A DNA stretch of 43,679 nt from contig NC_069000.1 of assembly GCF_001194135.2 (NCBI RefSeq), forward strand, positions 20,802,910 through 20,846,588. The letters are read 5' to 3'. Numbering within the stretch: position 1 is the stretch's first letter; each line of letters begins with the position of its first letter. A program made the position numbers and the translations under genes. The DNA comes from Octopus bimaculoides (taxonomy: Eukaryota). The notes under the pieces are model-generated. The model saw nothing but the letters and a program-made list of their open reading frames with translations. It was not told the origin of the DNA and did no database searches. This document shows, in pieces, positions 34,357 through 43,679 of the stretch.

Positions 34357-34733
34357 TAGAAATAATAGAAATCTATTATTTTTAATTTTTGTAACCAGTG
34401 AATGTATTTCACTGAAATAGTATATCCTTGCGAGAGGTAAACAGCCTTTTCAAACAGCTGGTCGTGCTACTTCAAGCTGATGACGAGCAAAGACTCAGAA
34501 ACATGTCCCTGAATGCAGGCTAGGCTGGGTGGAGGAGTTTGTCTCCCCCTCGCAAAGCTAAGGACACAGGAAATGTGTCAAGGCCAACAGGAAGCGGTCC
34601 AACTTCCTAGGGCTAAATAGCAGTAGTATATTCCCTTATTGGGACTGTCACGTTAATTTGGCAGTATACAACTACTTTATCGCATCACTACTGCTTAAAT
34701 CTCTCTGAGAGATTTAGAAATCTATTATTTCTA
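34357..34733 (+). mobile_element. ~350-bp structured non-coding element carrying a hammerhead motif (retrozyme-like / Penelope-derived / MITE-like)
   Basis: 16-bp direct repeat TAGAAATCTATTATTT (34366-34381, 34715-34730); 13-bp inverted ends TAGAAATAATAGA/TCTATTATTTCTA; at least six internal stems; hammerhead core at 34471-34513. Confidence 0.6.
34471..34513 (+). ncRNA. Minimal type-I hammerhead ribozyme motif (this copy has two mispairs)
   Basis: TTCAAG-CTGATGA-C-GAG-caaaga-CTC-A-GAAAC-at-GTC|CCTGAA. Intact CUGANGA and GAAA core, GUC cleavage triplet (predicted cut after 34507), palindromic ACATGT stem III, stem I 5/6 paired. Confidence 0.7.
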
Positions 34734-34876
34734 TATATATATAGTTTTACAGAAAAGAACCAAGGTTCATAAACTCATCGATGAAAATCCACTGTAGAAA
34801 AATTAATAAGTAAAAGCACAATAAATAAGTATAATATAATACAAAGTAAATATCATAAGATAATGATAACAAAACG

Positions 34877-34930
<54 letters not shown>

Positions 34931-35744
34931 CTATGATTTGATTATAATGATTCCTTAAGAATTAAGACACATCAACATGTAAGACGCCAGAAAATAGCTA
35001 GGTAGAAACGTACAGTGAAATAAAACATTGTAGATTTCAAGTGCTGGTAGGATACCGTAGGTATGCAAGTACAATATCCAATTTATAACCATCGGTCTGG
35101 CTCACCAGTGGATCCTTGGTGTGTTTATGGTATAAATTAGTAAACATGAACGGCGTTTAGAATTTACGACAGCTATTTTAGTAGAATTTTATTTATTTAG
35201 ACGTAACTGATTATAGCTTAATATACAAACCACCGTCTTCAGGCAATATTTTAAACAGGTAAGATTTTAAACAGCCGACCTGGACATAGTCAACATTTAT
35301 ATATGCGTGTGTGCTTTGTGTATGTGTGTGCGTATGTGTGTGCGTATGTGTGTGCGCGCGTTTATCAGAATATACATGCATACATATATATATGTGTGCG
35401 CCTGTATCTCTGTGAGTCTGTGTATGTGTGTCTGTGTGTGTGTCCCTATTTAGTTTTATTTCAAGATTTCTTGCCAATACAGAAAGAGCCGGTTTCTAAC
35501 CTAGATCCAAGGTTCCTTTATTGGAACTTCAGCATCAACAATAGGATATTTTTGTATGCATGTATGTATGTATGTACATACGTATGTATGTATGTATGCA
35601 TGTATGTATGTATGTACGTACGTACGTACGTACGTACGTATGTATGTATGTATGTATGTATGTAAGCAAGTATGTATGTATATTCAAATAAACACATTTA
35701 CACACTCATACACCACAAACGTGTGTGTGTGTATGCGTGTGTGC

Positions 35745-35807
<63 letters not shown>

Positions 35808-36339
35808 NNNNNNNNNNNNNNNNNNNNNNNNNNNNNNNNNNNNNNNNNNNNNNNNNNNNNNNNNNNNNNNNNNNNNNNNNNNNNNNNNNNNNNNNNNNNN
35901 NNNNNNNNNNNNNNNNNNNNNNNNNNNNNNNNNNNNNNNNNNNNNNNNNNNNNNNNNNNNNNNNNNNNNNNNNNNNNNNNNNNNNNNNNNNNNNNNNNNN
36001 NNNNNNNNNNNNNNNNNNNNNNNNNNNNNNNNNNNNNNNNNNNNNNNNNNNNNNNNNNNNNNNNNNNNNNNNNNNNNNNNNNNNNNNNNNNNNNNNNNNN
36101 NNNNNNNNNNNNNNNNNNNNNNNNNNNNNNNNNNNNNNNNNNNNNNNNNNNNNNNNNNNNNNNNNNNNNNNNNNNNNNNNNNNNNNNNNNNNNNNNNNNN
36201 NNNNNNNNNNNNNNNNNNNNNNNNNNNNNNNNNNNNNNNNNNNNNNNNNNNNNNNNNNNNNNNNNNNNNNNNNNNNNNNNNNNNNNNNNNNNNNNNNNNN
36301 NNNNNNNNNNNNNNNNNNNNNNNATATAAGTTCAAAAAA

Positions 36340-36490
36340 ATAATAACAAAAAAACAACAAAGTGAGGACGTGATATGGATAGTGTTATTGGACGCTCAGG
36401 AAAGGAAAGAGAGAGTGTATGACGTTTCGGGCGTAGCCCTTCGTCGGAAAGATGGAAAGTTCGGAGAATGGAAGAACGGAGAAAGAGGAA
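36340..36490 (-). mobile_element. Penelope-like terminal-repeat fragment with a variant hammerhead motif (36421-36450)
   Basis: Minus strand TTT-CCGACGA-A-GGGC-tac-GCCC-GAAAC-GTC: perfect stem II, GAAACGTC, core CUGA>CCGA, weak stem I. The motif layout resembles hammerheads in Penelope-like pLTRs. Confidence 0.5.
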
Positions 36491-36519
36491 AATGATATAT
36501 ATATATACACCTATTCTTT

Positions 36520-37190
36520 CGTTATATCTAGAGCATGACCATTTCCCTGTTGAAATTTCCTTGTTCTATCTCTTTTCCTACTCAGTAATACTTTAGCTTT
36601 TTCTAAGTTAACTTTGTCGCTCTATAATTCTAAGGTTTTGTTTCCAGGCCTAGATTTCCTTCCCTAATCCTACTACAGATTCAGCAATGAGAACGAGATC
36701 GTAAGTATATAGAAGTTCCCACAGACATCCCTTTTCTTTTTAAAGTTCTCTGTTATGGCCTGGAGGATTAGGATAAATAAAACTGAAAAATTGAACCATG
36801 TTGCACCATTACTTGCAAACTAAATTCATCGCTATATTCAATGTTGCCTCACCTTGCTGACAACACCTCTGTGTATGATTGTATGGCTCTCACACCCTCT
36901 CTACTCACAGTTTTCCCCGGATCGACCAATGAGAGGTACAACGGTTAACTTCTGAAATTGTCTCGCTAGAAAAATAGCATAAGTAGTAAAGCCTTCCTTG
37001 CGCAAAACCGAGCTGCATCTCATCTCAGCTAATTGCCTTCGTAATTAACTCTTTCCATAATTTTCATGTCCCATTTCAGCAATTTGATACCCCTGTAATT
37101 ACATGTCTCTAAATCACTTCCTTTAGCCTTGTAACAGTTGACTATGATGCTGTTGCACCAGCCAACTAAATATGTCTCTTGACATAGCAA
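36520..37190 (-). pseudogene. RTE-clade RT fragments (deleted and frameshifted)
   Basis: NSIIVNCYKAKGSDLETCNYRGIKLLKWDMKIMERV (ORF 37029-37214); EYSDEFS...QHGS; LQAITE; GCLWELLYTYDLVLIAES (YADD>YTYD). Confidence 0.8.
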
Positions 37191-37375
37191 ACTCGCCAGT
37201 GATAGGTTGTACAACCAAGATAGGATTTCATACTTTTGATCTTTGTTTGCTTCTCCCTATTTTGTTACCACCTTCACCTGCAATAATTATATACTTATTT
37301 ATTTGCTTGTTTGTTTGTTTGTTTGTTTGTTTTGTTAAGCAACAAGTGCTTTTACTACATATCTCACTACAACCA

Positions 37376-37447
<72 letters not shown>

Positions 37448-37990
37448 ATCATATTCAGATACAAACATTTTCCTGGAGCCACCATCAAATCCAATGGAGA
37501 TCACAGTCACCCTTCCCACCAACATCGAGAACAATATTTACCATTAACCTCAACACCAGCACGCCTGGTTCAACTCAACCTGCTAGAGGCAGCAGACGAG
37601 TCTCCCTCAATTCGTACCCAACTATCCCAGAAAAATACGCTCTGGTTGATGTAGTCTTGTACTTCCTGCACACAAAACAAAAACAAAAACAAAATCACAT
37701 CAGGACTAACTAGTGGCTAAACAATATCATCATCACTGATAACCACAACCATTACTATTGCAAAAGCCTTCACAAATAGAACCACCGTTGATATTACCAC
37801 TACAACTAGTACCTCCTCCACCGCTATCATAAGAACAACTACTACCAACACTAAAATCACCAATACTATTCGAAAAACCTCTCAAAATAGCAGTTAATAT
37901 AAACCCTTTATTGACATCATTATCATCATAAAAAATTAATTCGTAATTCCCTACCAAGTTCACTTTTCCCGTCCTTCTCTCTCTCCCTCT

Positions 37991-38029
<39 letters not shown>

Positions 38030-38689
38030 CATCATAATTTCTTCCTTAACCTTCCTAAAATACAAAAAACAGAGAACGAGTGAGTTTGTCTGTATGTGTG
38101 TGTGTGTGTATATATATGCCTGTGTGTGTGTATGTCAAAGAGAAAGAGAGAGAATTTTTTGTAATTCATCCTTTTCATCCTAGATGCTTTTCTTTTTCCT
38201 ACAATATATAATGATGTCAGCCGCAGGAATTGGGAAAAAAACTACTAATGCTGCAACTATATTTAGCTCGGCCAAGAAACTTTCCATACCGGTTTAGTTC
38301 GTTGGGTCAGCAAACCAAGTACACCAGCAAATTTCCTTGTCTGCTTCACTGCTACTATCGCTACAAGCGCAGACATGGAAAAGGAAGCAATAGGTTAACA
38401 AAACGTAGAAGTTTGGGACTAAATGGTTTAAAGTTACTCAATTCGTTTCATAGTGCTTTTCGTTGAAACATCACAGAACTCAACATCGGACTTTCATACA
38501 TCTTCCCTTCCTCGTACATATGTGTATGTATGTGTCTAAAATGTGCTGATATGAATACATGAATGCAAGCATAAACGATGATTTACACACAGACTACGTT
38601 TATTTCCATAGCTACTGATATACATACATACCTACATACATACTCTCTTACTCATTTTTTTTTTTTCTGATAGCAGTATTCTTTTCCTT

Positions 38690-38880
38690 CTTGTCCCAAA
38701 TCGCTCAAGTAAATCGTCTTCCAATCGGCGTGGGGGCCTTCCAAGTGGCTTTTTCCCAGCTCTTGGATACCTACTACTCGGCAACTGCACTAATTCATTT
38801 GTTGTCTGTGAACCTTACGACATGTCCAGCCCAGGGGAAATTGTACTTTCAGTATTCTGCGATCATATCGTTCATTCCCC
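38690..38880 (-). pseudogene. RTE-clade LINE C-terminal fragment
   Basis: Minus translation WAGHVVRFTDNK*ISAVAE...GKKPLGRPPRRLEDD matches the RTE WAGHVxR...GRPxxRWxDD motif. Confidence 0.7.
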
Positions 38881-39484
38881 TATATATGTATANNNNNNNN
38901 NNNNNNNNNNNNNNNNNNNNNNNNNNNNNNNNNNNNNNNNNNNNNNNNNNNNNNNNNNNNNNNNNNNNNNNNNNNNNNNNNNNNNNNNNNNNNNNNNNNN
39001 NNNNNNNNNNNNNNNNNNNNNNNNNNNNNNNNTATATATATATATATATATATATACATACATACATACATACATACATACATACATACATACATACATA
39101 CATACATACATACATACATACATACATAAGTGTCCATGTGTGTGTGAATTTGTGTATAGACATGTTTTAGAACTGATTCCATTTCAGGAATGGCAGAATA
39201 GTTACTCTTCCGAGCTTATATAAAAGGGAGAAAAATTGTTGTTTTGGGACTTCCAGGGCCTGTATTGGAACTTATTTTGGGCAAAACGGCATCGTTTAAA
39301 AATACATTAGTTGAAACATTTTATCTCCTCAATCTACTGTTTTTATTGAAAACGTGAAGCAAACAAGCACGATTGAAGTGTAGCATTAGAAAGACATGCG
39401 TGTAGCTACCAATTTTATCAAACTCAGTTTGATTCCAGAACATCAACAAACATTACCGGTTGTTCGTCATTGATATATAGCGTA

Positions 39485-40045
39485 CACCTGCAGTGTACCG
39501 ATGAGACTCCAACGAAAATCTTCCCAATTAAGAGCGAGTATTCTAGCTGCCTTGCCACTCTTGTCCAACCAGCTCGTGATATTGTCCATCTATTGCATTC
39601 TGTGTCTGCCTCTTGATTTACTGCTCTCTGCTCTTCCTTCCATAATAATGTTTATGAGATCTCTTCTTCGAAAATGGCCATAATAGATGACCTTTTCTTT
39701 CTTCACAATATTCAGGAGCTGTCGTCTTTCACTGACTTGTTGTAACAGCCAGTCATCTGTCTGTTAGTCCTCGAAAGAGATTCGTAACCTCCTCCAGAAC
39801 ATCCATGTTTCAAACGTATTCGTTATATTCTCTTCGAATTTGTTGAGAGTTCATACTTCGCAACCATAAAAGCATGCTGGCCAAATGAGCGCTCGCCCTA
39901 GCTTTGTTTCTAACTTAATTAAGATACTTTTGCTGCTCCAGATGTTATTCGGCATTTCCATGAATACTCTTGCCATGTCCTAATTCTTACTAATATGTGG
40001 CTCCAAGACACTTATACAATTCAACTTGTCGGAGCCTCTCACTGC
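39485..40045 (-). mobile_element. RTE/BovB-like LINE, 5'-truncated 3' fragment
   Basis: Frame-broken RIRTWQ..NNIWSSKSI...RALIWPACFYGCEV*...RRLRISF...RQLLNIVKKEKVIYYGHF...IIMEGRAE..KSRGRHR..MDNI. Confidence 0.8.
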
Positions 40046-40565
40046 CCGGTTTGATTTTAACATTTACTTTCTCTTTTCCTACTTCCATTACTTCTGTTAG
40101 GTGGTGTAAATTAACAGTTAAGCGTTTTCCTTTACAAAACTGCTTATCCCATTCCTCTTCTTAAGTATCTAGCTATCTCTTTCTCTGTTTATCATTTTTC
40201 CTATCTTCATGTAAATATGCGTCTATAGCCCTGTTTCTGTGTCTCTGTTGATATCATCATTCAGCTGACGACTTATCTAACAGACAATCTCTCAATCTAT
40301 TTGTCATTTTTATGATATATGCGTGCAGACGCTGAAATACACATATGCGCGCGCGCACGCACTCACACACACATACACACACACACATATATATATATAT
40401 ATATCTAAGCACGTTCCTGTACACATAGGCACACACACCTGCATACATATATATATATATACATATACATACATATAAATATATATATATATATATGAAG
40501 ACGAAACAATTGACGTGATAATAAATTGCTTTGGTACACTCCAATTTCCCTATTAATCTTTAATA

Positions 40566-40980
40566 TAATGGGCCATCGCATAAATAATGCGGTTCTTTAA
40601 ACTTTTATTTTTCAAAATTAAGATAAACAAATTTCCTTTTTAATCTAAAATACACTCTCCTTCATTTTCTACAATGCTCTTCCATCTATCTTGCAAGGCC
40701 CCTCTTCTAAAATTCATTTGTCCGTGACGTAAAATACTTCTCCAGTGCTGTTCTGACCTCGTTATACAGAATTCATATTTTTACGTCCAAAAGATTTTAA
40801 GACTGACGAATAAATGATAATCAAATGGGGCAATGTTCCGCGAATATGGTGGGTGGGGCATCGTTTCCAATTCAAACTGCTCTAACTTTTGGATTGTCAT
40901 CCTCGCTGTATGTAGCCAAACATTTATCCTGATGGAAGAACACCTTTCGTTTTGAAACCAAAGGTGGTTGTTTTTCTTCT
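40566..40980 (-). mobile_element. Mariner 3' fragment with right TIR, same family as 1-868
   Basis: Aligns to 1-290; encodes VFFHQDK...MTIQKLEQFELETMPHPPYSRNIAPFDYHLF; TIR TAATGGGCCATCGCATAAATAATGCGG at 40566. Confidence 0.88.
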
Positions 40981-41410
40981 AGCACTGACAGTCATCATTA
41001 CAGCTCATTTTTGCAAGTTAACTTCGGTGATTCAAGCAGTCTTATAATGGCCTTTACAAAGCAAATCAAGCATATTTGTGCTCTCGATACTTCAACTGTT
41101 TCCATATCCCATCACTTCCTACATCAGAGCATATACAAAAATCATATGAATCTCATTTTCATTACTATGGGGAAGACATCACGTATCTATATACCTTTGT
41201 GTGCATTCGATGCTTGAGAAACAATCGTATCCAGAAAAGACATCGAAAACATTAAGTATTTATATCAATATGTAGCTTGAATTTATTTTGAAGCATTTCT
41301 TCGTTTTAATCGTACTTTATACATAAATAGAGGCGTATGATGTTGTCTCCTACCAAATTTGTCACTTTATCACTCATCTTAATTGCATATTATTTACTAA
41401 TGGTTTCAAA

Positions 41411-41570
41411 TTTTGGCACAGAGTCAACAGGTTTTGAGGGAAAGAGAAGTCGATACCATCGGCACCAGCGGAATTTAAACCCAGATAGTGGAATTTGACC
41501 CAGAACGTAAAGATGGAATAAATGCCGCTAAACATTGTCAGGCGTGGTAACAATTCTGCCAACTTGCCGC
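41411..41570 (-). mobile_element. SINE family 1, decayed with internal deletion
   Basis: GAATTTGACCCAGAACGTAAAGATGG...ATGCCGCTAAACATT...TAACAATTCTGCCAACTTGCCGC. Confidence 0.7.
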
Positions 41571-42263
41571 TATATATAACTTATATATTTCATAATAATA
41601 ATTGTACTCATTTTCAAAAGTCAGGCATTTGGTGGGATAAATGGGCGAAGAGAAAGAGAGACGAAATAAATGCAAACAATAGTTAGAAAGCTTTGTGTAG
41701 AGGGAAAGTGAGACAAAACGAGCGAGGAATAGCAAAAAAGAAACCCAGAGAGAGACAGACAGAGGGAAGGAGTTGATGGGTGATATTCAAATGTCATTCT
41801 ATCATTTTATTTTAATGAAATGTGAAGAAGGTCTGTCTATGTACTCTGTATTGACAGAAAAGTGCATGTTTACACACAGAGATGCTAACGAGTGGAATGC
41901 CCTGATATATATAGTGTGACGTTTTAGACGCAACGAAAGGTTAAATTTATTGTTTTCTCGACTGCTGTTGGACATTGTTTAAATATTTGGATTCTGAACT
42001 ATGTGACATGAGACTACTATTTCTAACCGCATGAATCATATGTTTGCGTATATACTCGTATATGTAATCAACAGATGAGATCCTGAGATTCTCAATATAG
42101 AAAACACTTTGTAGTTCTCAAATGATTCGAACTTTGACTCTGATGTCTTTACGAGGAACCAATCCCGCGGGCTAAAGGGTGGCTGTAAGAGGAATCAAGG
42201 TAGCGTATGTGGAAGCAATTATACAGATACACAAATTTAAAAAAAAACACCTTGGGTATGATG

Positions 42264-42840
42264 TATCAGGTTGAATAAAATGTAAGCAATGTTTTGAACC
42301 ATGAAGAATTTGTACCGGATTTTTGCGGGGTTTTAAATGTTTTTTAAACATTTTTTGGCAATTGTCTGATAATACAGACTTACACTTGCCCAAATGCATC
42401 AATAAACTAACATTGATATTTTTTAAACTGTCAAAGCGCGATATTCGAGCAATTTCACTATTCAACTTCAAAAGTGGACGTAAAGCAACTGAAACTGCTC
42501 TCGATATCAACGAAACGTTTGTTGAGGAAATGACCAGTGAGTGGTCAGCTAGAAAATAGTTTAAATGATTTCGCAATGGAGACCTGAACCTTGAAGATCG
42601 TGAGCGTAGTGGACGCCCATCTGTCATCGATGACGGTCAATTAAAGACCGTCATTGCGAAAGATCCACGTAAAACTACTCAAGAACTGACAAAAGAATTT
42701 CGAGTTAGCAAGAAAACTGCCAGCGACCATTTGCATGCGATCGGAGAGACAAAAAGTCTCGTCAAATGTCTACCACACGATTTGAATGAAAATCAAAAAA
42801 TGCGCAGATATGAGATTTGGTCGTCGCTTCTTCTCCGTAA
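42264..42840 (+). mobile_element. Hsmar1/SETMAR-like mariner, 5' half (TIR + DNA-binding domain), truncated before DDD
   Basis: KRDIRAISLFNFKSGRKATETALDINETF...*FK*FRNGDLNLEDRERSGRPSVIDDGQLK...HLHAIGETKSLVKCLPHDLNENQK (WVPHEL-like linker); TIR-like TATCAGGTTGAATAAAATGTAAGCAATGTTTT. Confidence 0.88.
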
Positions 42841-43479
42841 GAAAGCAAAGGGAAGAAAGCAAAAACGGAAAACTTTCAGACGAAAAATATTTAAGTATAA
42901 ATATGTAGATATTTATATCAATAGATCAAACGATTTACTCTCACTTATCAAACTTTTTTGGTCTTGCTCATTCGTTCCGGTGACAAAGCGACGAAGATCG
43001 AACCCACAAACTAGAAACTCCGTGAAGCAAGAGAATTTCAAATACACACGCACACACTCACACACACACATACACGCACACGCACATATCAGTTTTCTGG
43101 GTTGCAGACCCATCTTCCAAACAGACCTTGCCGGTTTTCTTTAGCTGGTGAGAAATATCGAGTTTGTCTTCCCATCGACATTGGCGATTGTTTTGTACTC
43201 GTCGGAGTGATGTTACCGCTATCTCTTCTGGGACGACGCATCTGCCTCGTATCTCCGTATCTCCTCGTATCTCCGAATCTGAAGCTGGATGCAAAATAGA
43301 AAACGGGTCCCCTGCTTTCTTCTTAAGAGCCTTGTCACCTTCCCATAGGACTCTGATTTCCTTGGTAAGTGGTAGCTGCTGTTTGATAGTTGTAAACCCG
43401 CCAAGTTCGTCCACTTAGCGATTTCTGTAAGCACTTTGTCATGCCTCCACTGTATCGGCCTTCCCTCAGTGCGCTAGAG

Positions 43480-43679
43480 AAGGGGTTTTCAAACTGTGGT
43501 CCGCGGACCGCAGGGGGTTCGCAAGGACAGCAAATACTTTTTTATGGGCAATTTGATTTTATATATGTTTTTAATCGAAATCTTTTAATTGACAATAAAC
43601 CTATTTGTTAAATACTGTTAAATAAATAAATGTAAAAATATATGTTATTTTAAGCAAATATTTATGTATAAATTTCATA
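43480..43679. mobile_element. hAT (Charlie-like) element left end, runs off the window
   Basis: CTAGAG|AAGGGGTTTTCAAACTGTGGTCCGCGGACC: a CAGNGGTTTTCAAAC-type TIR after a CTAGA-type target, with a GGTCCGCGGACC subterminal palindrome. Confidence 0.7.

Noticed and set aside
35200-35245. Minus-strand CCTGAAGACGGTGGTTT...GTTACGTC as a third hammerhead
   Set aside because: GAAA is replaced by GTTA and stem II does not pair; at best a decayed Penelope-like end.
39495-39520. CCGATGAGACTCCAACGAAA as a hammerhead
   Set aside because: No stem II or stem III pairing, and it lies within an RTE 3' coding remnant.
43058-43434. Overlapping ORFs and splice-like sites on both strands
   Set aside because: All frames give unrecognised peptides; the resemblance to a Tx1 RT segment is too weak to call.

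Overview
Eukaryotic, AT-rich, gene-poor window from a gapped short-read assembly: many N-gaps, most opening inside microsatellites. It consists almost entirely of simple repeats and decayed transposons. The SINE families and microsatellite load look like an octopus/coleoid cephalopod genome; this is my recognition, not a database result. No intact protein-coding gene, rRNA, tRNA gene or CRISPR array is supported, and nearly all long ORFs in the track are microsatellite or N-gap artefacts. Supported elements are three mariner remnants (one with exact D34D spacing), two maT (DD37D) remnants, a Buster-type hAT transposase pseudogene, two hAT MITE ends, three R4/Dong RLE-LINE pieces, RTE, CR1 and L1/Tx1 LINE pieces, and about 20 tRNA-derived SINE copies in three families. 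The most notable observations are: (1) a ~350-bp, heavily self-complementary element at 34357-34733 carrying a type-I hammerhead ribozyme motif, retrozyme/Penelope-like; (2) a second, variant hammerhead motif at 36421-36450; (3) a small LTR-PBS-PPT-LTR unit at 23182-23706, TRIM-like with a tRNA-Ser(GCU) PBS; (4) a symmetric promoter-like motif cluster at 20500-20760; (5) nested or fused transposon junctions. None of these has been checked by search or folding software.
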